A stretch of DNA of 64,000 nt, taken from NCBI GenBank assembly GCA_039811685.1, contig JBDHZC010000002.1, positions 1 to 64,000 on the forward strand, written 5' to 3'. The notes under the pieces are model-generated. The model searched no databases. It was given only the letters and a program-made list of their open reading frames with translations, and had not been told where the DNA came from. The translations under genes and the position numbers were made by a program. Shown piece by piece: positions 46,434 to 56,615 of this stretch; the first letter of the stretch is position 1; every line of letters starts with the position of its first letter. Source of the stretch: Armatimonadota bacterium (lineage in GTDB: Bacteria; Armatimonadota; UBA5829; DSUL01).

Positions 46434-46757
46434 TTGAGATTCCCAGGAGGTGCGCAGTACGGCATAGGCTCAGGTTCACGGCCACAGCCCACTGTGACGT
46501 ACCCACAAGCCAGAACTCGAGTCAAATGTGGCGGGCCGAGCTCCCACTCCAACCGGACGCCCAGCGTCCGGGTCCCAGACAGGAGAAAGCCTCGTCCCTT
46601 CTAATGGTAAACGCCGCCTGCTGCCCTGTCAAGCGCAGCCGCAGGGGCTTTGTCCAGTTCGGTTATCGCGCCTCTACAGCTTGTGTTCCACGAACTGCGC
46701 CCTGCCCCAACAGACATTCGCCACTGAACCACAGCGGCGCATCCCCGCGAGCTCTCC

Positions 46758-49700
46758 CTACTTGATGCGCACCCGGTAGGAAACAGTTCTGGACTGCCCA
46801 CCTTCCAGCCTTGGAAGAACCCAGCGCACAGCGCCGTCCCGGGCGTCATAAACCCCTCCATCCGTTGCGCTGTCCTCCACATACACTGTGTTAGCCGGCA
46901 CCATTCCCTTCACCACCGCATTCACCGCCGGGCTGGAAGAGGTATTGGTGCAGGTTACAGTAAGCAGCACGCGGCTCCCCGGAATAGCCGTCTGCGGTGG
47001 AGAGGTGGTGGTCAGCTTGATGTAAGGATGACGCGGCTGCACATTCAGAGTCACAGTGGCAACGTTAGAATACTGATAGCCATCGCTCACCCTGAAAGTA
47101 AAGCTGTCCTGACCCGCAAAACCCGCCGCAGGCGTGTACAAAAGGTTGGGCGCGGCGCCTGTCAGAGTCCCATTCGCCGGCGGGTTGACAATCCGGTAGA
47201 TCAGTGGCCGGCTCTCAGGATCGGCCGCCAACAAAAGCAGCGGTTCAGGCTCCTCTGTCAACGCTCTCGAAAATCCATACGCAACAGGCGGCTCATTCAC
47301 AGCACTGCCGGAGACCGCAGGAAAAAGCTGAGACTGCGGGACGATCTCGAGAGCTTGCGTCGGGCTCGACCAACGCAGCTTCGCCTCCATCCACCCCTGC
47401 GCTTTGCTGTAATCCAGCTTGATGTCGTACTTCTTTCCAGCAACCAGATTGATCGTGCCGTGATTGTTGGATTGGCTACGCGGGTTGTCCCAGTTGTCAA
47501 TGACAAGCTCTTTGTTCACCCACAGGCGGCACTGCCAGCTTGTGCTGTTACCCCACGGCCCGCCAAGAGACACCTGAAATGTGTACGGCTCTGTGTAGCG
47601 AGGCACAACCTGTCCCTGCCAGCGCACGGAGAAGTGATCGTGCGCCCAGGATATCGGTGGGTTCAGATCCCAGTCAAAGTCAATCTCCGGGTCAACCCGT
47701 GTGAATACAAGCTGTCCAAAGATTACGGGAGCGCCATTGGAGAAACGGTTGAAGTAGTAATCGCCCGTCAGGCCGCTGCCTTGTCCCGGCACTACAGACG
47801 AAGCAGCGAAGTCCTGTTTCGCGCTGGCGGACCACGCCGGGGACTCATACCAGTTCGGCGAAAAGTTGAGTCCAGGCTTGGAAGGGCTGATCTTGTACGC
47901 GGCCCCCTGCACGAGCCCGTCCACCCGGTAGTTACCCTCCTCATCCGCCTGAACGCTCCGGTTTTCCCAACCGCTCACAATCATCTGAACGCCAGGAACA
48001 CCGTTGCCGCTGGCATCCGTAATCCGTCCGCTCAGACTGTACATCGGTGAGCTGGTGTCATAGATCTCAATCTCGCGCAGGTTCAGTTTGTGGGGCCCGG
48101 TCTGCCCGCCTGCCGCCACAACGTCCTGTGTCGCGCCACCGCCCCACGTCACATCGTGAACGAAGATTCGCAGCTTCCCGGTAGTCACCGGGGCAAAATG
48201 GTGTTGAAACACCCATCGGTCGGAGAAAAAGCTGTCAACAGAACAGCGCACCGGTGGTGTATAGACTTTGAAAGTCCGCGTCGGCTCCTGAATGTGGTCA
48301 ATGGTCACCCACTGCCCATCTTTGTCGTACTGCAGTTCGTAGTCCAGAAGCGTGCTTTGCGACTGCCAGGGTGGAGCAGCAAAGATGACCACGCGGTCAA
48401 CAGGGCGGACCTTGGGGAGGTCAATCTCTACCCACGCCGGAAAAACGCCGGTATCGTCAACCCACGGCCCCGCGCTTTGCCCCTGAGCGTAATACCAGTT
48501 CTCCAACTGCCCGTTGTTAATCCGGTCCAGATTGGCGCTTGAACCGGATGACTTGACCACAACGCCCGGAATACGCGCCAGGTTCGTTGACCACTCCTGA
48601 GGAACCACCTCTATCGTCTGGTCAGAGGCAATCTCCACGTAGACAGGCAACTCCGAAACCACCAGCGTCACCTTGCCGTCAACCACCTTGTAGTCCTGGG
48701 CGACGCCAAAGGCCGACACGCAGTGCAGGTCACCTGGCCCAGTCACCCGCAGCGTCACTTCCCCATCCGTGCTTCCGGCGCTCATAAACGCCGCAACCTT
48801 CTTCGAAGGCCCCGAGAACAGACTCCCCACGTACAGATTATTGCCGGACGCGCCAAAATCGTAGGCCTTGGAAAATGTCGTCCCCCACAGCTCTTCAGAC
48901 CAGACTCTGAGCAGAGGCGCCGCCGGGTTCAGGCTGCCGTCGTCATTCTCCCACCACGTAGGAAAGTCCCAGAAGCCATGACTCTTGTCATACCAGTAGT
49001 GGTTGTGCTCCTTCGGAATGCCAAACTGCTCATAGACCATCATCTGGACCATCGTCCAGCGCCCCTGGAGCCGCGGCTGGTAGGAGCCATAAACGGGAGC
49101 GAAGTAGCCCTGTTCTGTCTGCCACTTCTCGATATCGGCCTTCCCGTTCCGGGCAAGCGCTTTGTTTAGCTCTTCCAGAGAATGGCGGGCTAACCAGAGG
49201 TCTCCATTCACCGCGTTGTAGGCGTGAAAGGAAAACGCGTCTATATAGTCTCCACCACCGGCCTTGAAGAAATCATCAATCCATTTCAACTGTCCCGGCC
49301 CAATGCTGACCGTACCCGGCCCCATAACCTTCAGCGATGGATCCACGCTTTTTACCACCTCGTAAAAGGGCTTCATTTCGTTTTGCACAAACGTGGCGGC
49401 AGGGGTTCCCTGGGGCTCATTGCGTGGCTCCCAGTACTGGATGGTATCCCGAAAGTGGTTCACTATCTGACGCACGCCTTCAGTGTCGCTTGTCCCGTTT
49501 GGAAACGCGCACATAAGCACTCTCTTGCGCACAGGGTCAAACGGCAGATAGTACTGCTGATCCAGCGCCACATCTGCCTCCAACTTGGCTATCGCCTCGT
49601 CTGGCTTGCTCGCATCGGCCACGAAAAGGCGGAACGGCCCTGCGCCGATAACCCCGCGCATCTGAGAGTCCATGGAGTAGTAAGAGCCACCCGGCCCAAC

Positions 49701-50114
49701 ATTGGCTGCTGGAAGGTCAGGAAACCCCGGAGTGTTCCGGAAAATCACAAACGTCGTCCCGCCAACCACTGCCCCCCACGGCTCCTGGCTCACCGCTCCG
49801 TAGAGATAGAGCTTGTACCACCCCGGCTTGTGCACGTTGAGGGTTATCTGCGCTTGCACCGGACCCTGATCGACCATCTCGCCGTAGTAGTCGCGCACCT
49901 CATAGCGCACAGCGCCGGACTTGTTGAATGTAAACTGTACCGGCTGGCCCACGTAGAAAACGTTGTTTCGCTTCCCGGAAACGGCCGTTACGAGGTTTGT
50001 ACGTGGTAGATCCGAGCTCCAGCCTGCAAACAGCGGGCTACAAAGTAGCGAAAGCCCAGTCACAAGAACGATTACAGCGAGAACTCGGGAGGTTCGGCAG
50101 AGGGTGTGAAACAT
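46758..50114 (-). CDS. Multidomain secreted clan GH-A (GH39-like) hydrolase with discoidin-like, PA14, Ig/cadherin-like and DUF11-like domains
   Basis: WEPRNEP, IDAFSFHAY, WQTEQG; GLTGDYY...TRVDPEIDFDW...FSVRWQG (PA14); P.NGTLTG..PNL.YTP..GFAG.DSFTF.VSDG. Confidence 0.85.
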   Translation of the reverse strand: MFHTLCRTSRVLAVIVLVTGLSLLCSPLFAGWSSDLPRTNLVTAVSGKRNNVFYVGQPVQFTFNKSGAVRYEVRDYYGEMVDQGPVQAQITLNVHKPGWYKLYLYGAVSQEPWGAVVGGTTFVIFRNTPGFPDLPAANVGPGGSYYSMDSQMRGVIGAGPFRLFVADASKPDEAIAKLEADVALDQQYYLPFDPVRKRVLMCAFPNGTSDTEGVRQIVNHFRDTIQYWEPRNEPQGTPAATFVQNEMKPFYEVVKSVDPSLKVMGPGTVSIGPGQLKWIDDFFKAGGGDYIDAFSFHAYNAVNGDLWLARHSLEELNKALARNGKADIEKWQTEQGYFAPVYGSYQPRLQGRWTMVQMMVYEQFGIPKEHNHYWYDKSHGFWDFPTWWENDDGSLNPAAPLLRVWSEELWGTTFSKAYDFGASGNNLYVGSLFSGPSKKVAAFMSAGSTDGEVTLRVTGPGDLHCVSAFGVAQDYKVVDGKVTLVVSELPVYVEIASDQTIEVVPQEWSTNLARIPGVVVKSSGSSANLDRINNGQLENWYYAQGQSAGPWVDDTGVFPAWVEIDLPKVRPVDRVVIFAAPPWQSQSTLLDYELQYDKDGQWVTIDHIQEPTRTFKVYTPPVRCSVDSFFSDRWVFQHHFAPVTTGKLRIFVHDVTWGGGATQDVVAAGGQTGPHKLNLREIEIYDTSSPMYSLSGRITDASGNGVPGVQMIVSGWENRSVQADEEGNYRVDGLVQGAAYKISPSKPGLNFSPNWYESPAWSASAKQDFAASSVVPGQGSGLTGDYYFNRFSNGAPVIFGQLVFTRVDPEIDFDWDLNPPISWAHDHFSVRWQGQVVPRYTEPYTFQVSLGGPWGNSTSWQCRLWVNKELVIDNWDNPRSQSNNHGTINLVAGKKYDIKLDYSKAQGWMEAKLRWSSPTQALEIVPQSQLFPAVSGSAVNEPPVAYGFSRALTEEPEPLLLLAADPESRPLIYRIVNPPANGTLTGAAPNLLYTPAAGFAGQDSFTFRVSDGYQYSNVATVTLNVQPRHPYIKLTTTSPPQTAIPGSRVLLTVTCTNTSSSPAVNAVVKGMVPANTVYVEDSATDGGVYDARDGAVRWVLPRLEGGQSRTVSYRVRIK

Positions 50115-50222
50115 AGTTACCGACCTTATACGAGGCGTTGCTAGGCAGGCGGGAGAAAGAGCCCTGTCGCCTATTTGGGGTGGTCTGACCAGTGGACGCT
50201 CAGACACTTACATCCTTGTTTC

Positions 50223-50250
50223 ATTATTCCACAAACTTCACGACTGTCAA
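50223..50250 (-). promoter_or_regulatory. Possible promoter for the GH-A gene
   Basis: TTGACA-N16-AATAAT. Confidence 0.45.
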
Positions 50251-51383
50251 CTGGTTCTAATCTGGGGCTTACGCAGGACTTCACGGTACACTTCCGCTGT
50301 CGCCTCCGCCATGCGCCCCGCCGTATAATGAGACAAAAAGCGTTGACGTCCACGCTCGCCCATCTCAACGCGCAAGCTGTCGTCATCCAGCAGCCACATC
50401 AACGCCTGTGCCAGCGCAGCAGAATCCGACGGCGGGACCAGAAAACCTGTTTTTCCCTCCACCACAATCTCCCGCGGCCCACCCGCGTTTGCGGCAACTA
50501 CGGCCTTTCCCATGGCCATCGCCTCTGCCAGCACCAGACCAAAAGGCTCGGCGCGACTCGGCAACACTACGCAGTGCGAAAGCGCCATCAAAGCCAGCGC
50601 ATCGCTTCTAAAACCGGCAAAAACGACGCTGTGGTCAAGCCCTGCTGCAGAGGCCTGCGCCCTCAGAGACTCCATCTGCGACCCATCACCCGCAATCAGG
50701 CAAAGCGCCTCGGGGCGGCGCTGAACAACTTCCCGCATAGCGCCAACCAGACACTCTACGTTCTTCTCCTGCTCCAGGCGCGACACACAGACGACTAGCG
50801 GTCTCTCCGGAGAAAGATCAAACTCCACCCGGATCGCCTCTACAGCTTCGGGAGACGGCGGTTCAGGCTGCGCGATACCGTTCGGGATCGTCCGCACCTT
50901 TGTCTCAGCCAGCTTCTCCCGCTTCAAAAGAGCTTCCCGCACCGCCTCAGAGACACAGATAATCTTGCTGAGGCGGCGGTTCACCCTGCGATGAGCCAAC
51001 CCCATTACTCTTCCAGCCAGTCCTCCGTACAGCGTGTGCGCAGGGTCAATAAAATGCTGGGTCGCCACCGCAGGGACACTGCCAAGCGCCCCCAGCGCCG
51101 CCATAAAAGTGGTTCGACCATTGTGGGCATGGAGAATATCACAGCCAGCGGAATGCGCAAGGCGCATCACCTTCGCTACGTTCCTAGCCTCCGGCAACAC
51201 CATCCGCTCCAGGTCCATCGCACCGGCAGCCTGCCACAGCGGACTCCCCGTACGACACCCGATCACCGCTGTAATCTGCAATCCAGCCAGAGACGCGCCA
51301 AGCGTCAGCACATGCCGTTCCGTCCCGGCCATGTGCGGTGTATCAAGCAGGAGAAGAACGCGCAACCAGCACCTCTTCCTCAC
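50247..51383 (-). CDS. GT4 family glycosyltransferase
   Basis: GTERH, IPNG, RLEQEKN, EPFGLVLAEAMA.G. Confidence 0.92.
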   Translation of the reverse strand: MRKRCWLRVLLLLDTPHMAGTERHVLTLGASLAGLQITAVIGCRTGSPLWQAAGAMDLERMVLPEARNVAKVMRLAHSAGCDILHAHNGRTTFMAALGALGSVPAVATQHFIDPAHTLYGGLAGRVMGLAHRRVNRRLSKIICVSEAVREALLKREKLAETKVRTIPNGIAQPEPPSPEAVEAIRVEFDLSPERPLVVCVSRLEQEKNVECLVGAMREVVQRRPEALCLIAGDGSQMESLRAQASAAGLDHSVVFAGFRSDALALMALSHCVVLPSRAEPFGLVLAEAMAMGKAVVAANAGGPREIVVEGKTGFLVPPSDSAALAQALMWLLDDDSLRVEMGERGRQRFLSHYTAGRMAEATAEVYREVLRKPQIRTS

Positions 51384-52740
51384 CTGCCGTCGTCGCCAGA
51401 GCTCTCGTCTCGCCGTGTATCAGCCGCCGCCTCGAAGTGGCAATGATGTTGGCCGCCATGCCCACAGCCGCCCAGCCCATAAAGCCGACACCGCGCCTCC
51501 AGTAGACATCCATCATGCCGTGCGTCACGGACACAAGCAAGACAGACATCCCCAGAATGAGAATCTCGTCAGTCAAACGGTCCTTTCCGGCCGTTCGTCT
51601 CGCCAGGACAAACGTCCAGAAACCACCGGCAAACATGGCCACAAACCCAATGGCGCCCAGAATCCCGGTCTCACCCAGAGTCAGAATAAAAACATTGTGC
51701 GGCTCAGCCTGCTTGCGCAGCCCCACACCCACCCCTATGATCGGACTCTTGTGAAAAGCAGCCATTACGTCCTGCATCGTCGCAAAGCGAGTCTGAATGG
51801 TGTGCGCCTTTGCGGAAATGTCGCTCGCGTACTCCGTGGCTTCCTCCGGCAGAGCGTGCCATACCAGCACAGCCGCCGGAATGGCGATGACCAACCCGGA
51901 GACAAAAGCCCGCACCTGCTTCGTCAGGAAAAGTAGCAGAAGACAGCCGGCGGCCGTCGCAATCCAGCCTCCTCGTGAAAGCGAGAGCACAATCCCGACA
52001 ACAGCGGCAAACAGCGTCCCGGCGAGCCACAGCCGCCGTCTCGAAGACGGTTTCTCAAGCAGCAACATCCCCAGAGCAATGACAATTCCGCAACCGTAAG
52101 ACGGGCCCAGCGCATTCTTGTGCAGTCCCAGCGTGTACTCGCTGGCGTGAATACCGCCTGTCAGAAACGCCACCACACTGAATACCGCAAGCACATCAAT
52201 CGCCAGAAGGTAAGCGTTGAAGCAGTTCAACGCTGTCCGTTGCCTCGTGTCTATGTTGGCGTAAATCGCCACCGCAATCAGCGTGGCAACCGTCATTCTG
52301 GCCAGAGAAACCCCGGTCCCCAATCCGTCCCAGGAAACCGTAGAGGACACAATGTCCACACCCAGAAAGACAAAAATCGGGACGGCCGCCGGGCCAAGCG
52401 CAAACGCGCGTCGGCGCATCAAAATAACAGGCAGCGCAAGAGCCAGAATTCCCGCCACTATGTCCACAGCGCTGAAGTGAACCGGCGAGCCTTCACCTCC
52501 CAATGACTGCTGAAAGGGCATCGCCACAAACGCAAGCATCAGAAACAGCGCCGGCCACTGGACAGCCGCCAGCACCAGCAGCAAAACTCCCGCCACTGCG
52601 GCAGAGGCCAGCGCAGAAATCTTGAACAACCACAGGTCAAGCGCCACAACACCCGCAATGACAGCATATACCCACCAGCGCCCAGAGGCGATCTCGTGGC
52701 TGGTCCGGCTCCATCGTTTCTGAACTGCGGCCTGACTCAA
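51343..52740 (-). CDS. O-antigen ligase/polymerase (Wzy_C) family membrane protein
   Basis: Multi-TM; HKN.LG, SLSRGG, PIIGVG.G, PHN.F...LGETGILG. Confidence 0.88.
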   Translation of the reverse strand: MSQAAVQKRWSRTSHEIASGRWWVYAVIAGVVALDLWLFKISALASAAVAGVLLLVLAAVQWPALFLMLAFVAMPFQQSLGGEGSPVHFSAVDIVAGILALALPVILMRRRAFALGPAAVPIFVFLGVDIVSSTVSWDGLGTGVSLARMTVATLIAVAIYANIDTRQRTALNCFNAYLLAIDVLAVFSVVAFLTGGIHASEYTLGLHKNALGPSYGCGIVIALGMLLLEKPSSRRRLWLAGTLFAAVVGIVLSLSRGGWIATAAGCLLLLFLTKQVRAFVSGLVIAIPAAVLVWHALPEEATEYASDISAKAHTIQTRFATMQDVMAAFHKSPIIGVGVGLRKQAEPHNVFILTLGETGILGAIGFVAMFAGGFWTFVLARRTAGKDRLTDEILILGMSVLLVSVTHGMMDVYWRRGVGFMGWAAVGMAANIIATSRRRLIHGETRALATTAGEEEVLVARSSPA

Positions 52741-52741
52741 T

Positions 52742-53701
52742 TCAGGCTACCTCTCTCAAGCCCGGCCCGCGGAAGCCCACGGTCCACAGCAGGATACGCC
52801 ACCACGTAAGAGCGTCACGTCCCGCTTTGCGTCCGCCGGCCCCGCGAGACACGCGCAGGACACTGTAGCAGAGGATTCGCACCAGAGCGCCAAATGCCGT
52901 AGCGCAGCGAAAAACCAGCAAACCCGGCAAACCGTGATGCTTTCTGATGTACAGATCCTGCGCGCGCCGGAACTCGCAGAAGGTCCGGTCACTCTGGAAG
53001 CTGCCACTTACTCCACCGAGATGCGTCACCTGACTCTCGGGAACAAACACTACCTTCCAGCCCACCCGCCGCAACCGATAGCAAAGGTCTGTCTCCTCCG
53101 CGTACATGAAAAAGCGCTCGTCGAACAATCCAACTTCCTGCAACGCCTCAGCGCGAACCAGAAGACACGCGCCGATAGCAAAGTCTACCTCCCGAACCTC
53201 GTCATGCGGCCAGGAGCGGTAGTCACCAACCAGCGGATGATTCGGAAAAGCCGCAGTAAGCAGCAGATGCTCAAACACCGCCCTCATCGGTGAAGGGAAG
53301 CGGTAGCACGACTGCTGCAGTGTTCCGTCAGCGTTCATGAGCCTGGGTCCGACAACGGCAACATCGGGGTGTGAGTCCAGATAGTCCACAAGCTGTCTTA
53401 CCGCCCCGGGCTGTACAAAGGCATCGGAGTTCAAGAGGAGCAGATAGTTGCCCCTGGCCTGCCGGATGGCCTGATTGTTGGCCGCGCCAAAACCCACGTT
53501 GTGCTCGTTAGCAATCACGTGAGCCTCCGGGAACGCCTCCCGCACAGCCTCCGCGCTCCCATCCGTCGAAGCGTTATCCACCACCCACAGCTCCCACGGC
53601 ATCTCCTTCATATCATCGGAGAGAGTGCGCAGGCACTCCAGCGTCATCTCCCGCGTGTTGTAGCTGACCACGACTACTGACACTTGCGGACCCGCGGACA
53701 T
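52742..53701 (-). CDS. GT2 family glycosyltransferase (WbbL-like)
   Basis: VVDNASTDGS, N.GFGAANN, LLLNSD, FDERFFMYAEETDLC. Confidence 0.93.
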   Translation of the reverse strand: MSAGPQVSVVVVSYNTREMTLECLRTLSDDMKEMPWELWVVDNASTDGSAEAVREAFPEAHVIANEHNVGFGAANNQAIRQARGNYLLLLNSDAFVQPGAVRQLVDYLDSHPDVAVVGPRLMNADGTLQQSCYRFPSPMRAVFEHLLLTAAFPNHPLVGDYRSWPHDEVREVDFAIGACLLVRAEALQEVGLFDERFFMYAEETDLCYRLRRVGWKVVFVPESQVTHLGGVSGSFQSDRTFCEFRRAQDLYIRKHHGLPGLLVFRCATAFGALVRILCYSVLRVSRGAGGRKAGRDALTWWRILLWTVGFRGPGLREVA

Positions 53702-53703
53702 TT

Positions 53704-54255
53704 TCAGTCCCTCATCCGAATTACGCGCGCTGGTACCCCCACGGCGATAGCATTCGCGGGGATATCTCGCGTAACCACCGCATTTGCCCCAATAACAGCG
53801 TTATCTCCTATAGTGACGCCTTTCAGCACTGTTGCCTTGGACCCGAGCCAGACATTTCGGCCAATCCGTACCGGCGCCACCACCGCACCCTGTTCACGAA
53901 AAGGTATCGTGAGATCGTCGCATCTATGGTCATGATCTCGAATGGACACCAGCTCTGCAATCAGGCAGTCTTCCCCGATGATCAGTGACTCACGAACCGC
54001 AAGCGTACAGTGGTGACCAAAGATGGTTCGCGGCCCAATATCCAGCGAGCCATAACACTCAATAGTCATTGCGCGGTCCACAATACACCCCGGACCAAAC
54101 CTGATATTGGCTCCTGGGAAAACGTCCAGATCGAACTGTGCACGGATGTCACACTTTGAACCAAATCTGGCGCTTGGGTGCGTGGCGCGTACAGCCAACA
54201 GCCTGAGCCGACGGTGCAGTCCGCCAAGGATTCGCTTGAGCCAGCTAGACGTCAC
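53704..54255 (-). CDS. Hexapeptide-repeat (LbH) acyltransferase
   Basis: IGEDCLIA..VSIRDHDH, IGRNVWLG, GVTIGDNAVIGANAVVTRDIP; GTG start after GAGGAGG. Confidence 0.9.
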   Translation of the reverse strand: MTSSWLKRILGGLHRRLRLLAVRATHPSARFGSKCDIRAQFDLDVFPGANIRFGPGCIVDRAMTIECYGSLDIGPRTIFGHHCTLAVRESLIIGEDCLIAELVSIRDHDHRCDDLTIPFREQGAVVAPVRIGRNVWLGSKATVLKGVTIGDNAVIGANAVVTRDIPANAIAVGVPARVIRMRD

Positions 54256-55474
54256 TCTGGGCGTTCGCCTCCTCACGCGGAGCGGTGCATCCGGATTCAC
54301 CCTTCTTATCCGCGTGATCATACCGCTGCAGGCACCTTGCAATGACTTCTTCGATGTTATCCACACGGGACTCCCAGGAATGCTCCGTCGCAATAGCCCT
54401 CCGCGCAGGCGCCAGAGCGCCATCCTCCGCCAGCGCCGCCCGGACTGCCTGCATGAAGCTCTCCGCGTCTCTGGCTATCTTCACCAGATCGGGATAATCC
54501 CGAAAGCCGGCCACATCCGTAGCCACAATCGGCTTCCCCGCGGCCAGATACTCCCACAGCTTGATAGGGTTGAGGCTCTCCGTAAACGGCGTCATTTGGT
54601 GAGGCGTTATGCACACGTCAAAGGCCCGCATGTAGTCCGGTATCTCAGCATAGGCTACGGGGCCGGTGAATACAATGTTCCCGCATGCGTTCAGGCGCTC
54701 GGCGGCGGCTTCTGGCAGCATGTTCGGTCCCACCAGGGCAACTGTTCCGCCCGGGAAGCTGCGCGCCAGCGCTTCGATCAGGTCAACGTCCACGCGTTCC
54801 GGATGGATCGTGCCCGTGTAGCCCAGAACGGGCTTCCGCCACGTCTGCGCCGTCGCTGGTAATGGTCCGTCTTCGAGGACTGAAGCGTAATGTGCGGCGT
54901 CCACTCCGTTCGGTATCAGGTGCAGGTTTGTCGTAAGATTACGCTTTATCTTATACAGATGCTCAGAGCAGACGATGACGGCATCCGCCTTCCGGCAAAG
55001 CGCCTCATCCTGAGAACGTGTCAACTCACGGAGCCAGGGCTGCTGTGTCGAGCTAATCCAGTCGTCCGTGATGTCGTAGATAACGCAGCGCTCACCCATC
55101 CGCCCGGCCATGTGCACGGCTGAATGAGGGTTCAACCAGAGGATGGGATTCGTCATGCCCATTGCGGCCGCTGTTCGCCGGATGTGCCGTCGCGCCAGAG
55201 CGTCATTCATCCTTCGCCCCGCAGCCAGAGTGTTTGGAAAGAGCTTTGGCGGGCGCGTAAATTGAATGTTCGGTAGACCGGGAACCGCCTCCGGCGCACC
55301 CTCGGCCAGGGCTCCAAAGTTTCCTGTCCGCAGTCCGTGGGAGAAGTCTCTGGACAGCCCCACAAACAGAATCTTGGTCTCCGGATGCCGCCGCGCCAGC
55401 TCCGCCACCACGAACTGATTGCGCCGCCAGACCTCGTCCCAGTTTTCCATAGAGACGAAGATCAGGTCAGGCAC
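54245..55474 (-). CDS. Glycosyltransferase (GT4, TuaH-like)
   Basis: IYDITDDW, IPNGVD, GYTGTI..R, NPIKLWEYLAAGKPIV. Confidence 0.9.
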   Translation of the reverse strand: MPDLIFVSMENWDEVWRRNQFVVAELARRHPETKILFVGLSRDFSHGLRTGNFGALAEGAPEAVPGLPNIQFTRPPKLFPNTLAAGRRMNDALARRHIRRTAAAMGMTNPILWLNPHSAVHMAGRMGERCVIYDITDDWISSTQQPWLRELTRSQDEALCRKADAVIVCSEHLYKIKRNLTTNLHLIPNGVDAAHYASVLEDGPLPATAQTWRKPVLGYTGTIHPERVDVDLIEALARSFPGGTVALVGPNMLPEAAAERLNACGNIVFTGPVAYAEIPDYMRAFDVCITPHQMTPFTESLNPIKLWEYLAAGKPIVATDVAGFRDYPDLVKIARDAESFMQAVRAALAEDGALAPARRAIATEHSWESRVDNIEEVIARCLQRYDHADKKGESGCTAPREEANAQSDV

Positions 55475-56615
55475 GGTTTTGCCCCAACGCTTCCTGGTAC
55501 ACCTCCAGGTACTGTTCGGTGATGGTGTCCCAGGAGAAAAGTCGCGCGCGCTCACGGCCTGCCGCTCCCATCCTCTCCCGCAGAGGCTCATCATTCGCCA
55601 GCTTACTCATCGCACCCGCGAGAGCCTTTTCGTCTTCCCGCGGAACGACGAGGCCGGTTTCGCCGTCCAGGACTACTTCCGGAACACCGCCGACTCGCGT
55701 AGCGACCACGGCTTTCCCCGCCGCCATCGCTTCCAGGTTCACTATGCCAAACGGCTCGTGGCGGGATGGCAACACAAAAAAATGACAGCCCTTGAACAAG
55801 GCGGCAGCCTGTGTCCGGTCAGCGCGTCCGAAAAGCAGCACACGCTCCGAAATACCGAGCTCCTGCGCCAGCGACCGCAAACGCTCGATCTCCGGCCCTT
55901 CCCCTGCAATGACCAGATCAATCCCCGCCAGGTCTGCGCTGGAAAATGCTCGCATCAGCACGTCAAATCCTTTTTGCGGCACAAGGCGCCCGATGCCCAG
56001 AACGTAAGGGCGCGGGTGTGAAAACTCCGTCACGCTCTCAAAATCCGCCGCTGTCACGCCGTTGTAGACGACGCGCCACTGCCCACGCGCCCTAGGCGGC
56101 CGCCGCTCTCGCAGCTCGGCAAGCGTCTGTTCAGAGCACCCCGTTACGAAATCAGCATCGCACAGCAGGCGAGGCAGAAAGGCGTTCATAAACGTCCTGC
56201 GCTGATAGATGTGGGCCGCGTCCATAGTCAGCTCGCCCTGGGCTGTGGCGACCAGCGGAAGCCGCAGCGCTTGCGCCGCCAGCCACGCGTAGTAGCCATT
56301 TGTGCTGATGCACTGGACGTGAAGCAGATCCACCTGATGCTGGCGCAGGATCTCCAGCATTCGCCTGCGAATGCCGCCGCCTGTGAGCCTGTAGCTGACG
56401 TGCGCTTTCAGGCTGCCTTCGGGGACACGCATCGGCAGGCGATAAAGAGGCAACCCCTCAAACTCCTCGTACTCCGGCAGGCTTCGCGGCCAGCGATTGG
56501 TCAGAATGATGACGCGATGGCCGCGCTCTGTCAGGCTGTGGGCAAGCTGGCGCGAGAGCTCCTCGACTCCTCCAACATGTGGATAGAAAGCACTGGCGAA
56601 AAGGGCGATGTTCAT
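55467..56615 (-). CDS. GT4 family glycosyltransferase
   Basis: FYPHVGGVE, GRLVPQKG, EPFGIVNLEAMAAG. Confidence 0.93.
   Translation of the reverse strand: MNIALFASAFYPHVGGVEELSRQLAHSLTERGHRVIILTNRWPRSLPEYEEFEGLPLYRLPMRVPEGSLKAHVSYRLTGGGIRRRMLEILRQHQVDLLHVQCISTNGYYAWLAAQALRLPLVATAQGELTMDAAHIYQRRTFMNAFLPRLLCDADFVTGCSEQTLAELRERRPPRARGQWRVVYNGVTAADFESVTEFSHPRPYVLGIGRLVPQKGFDVLMRAFSSADLAGIDLVIAGEGPEIERLRSLAQELGISERVLLFGRADRTQAAALFKGCHFFVLPSRHEPFGIVNLEAMAAGKAVVATRVGGVPEVVLDGETGLVVPREDEKALAGAMSKLANDEPLRERMGAAGRERARLFSWDTITEQYLEVYQEALGQNRA

Noticed and set aside
45045..46604. 519-aa + strand ORF
   Set aside because: Antisense shadow of the HAF-repeat gene; Arg/Pro-rich with no recognisable motif.
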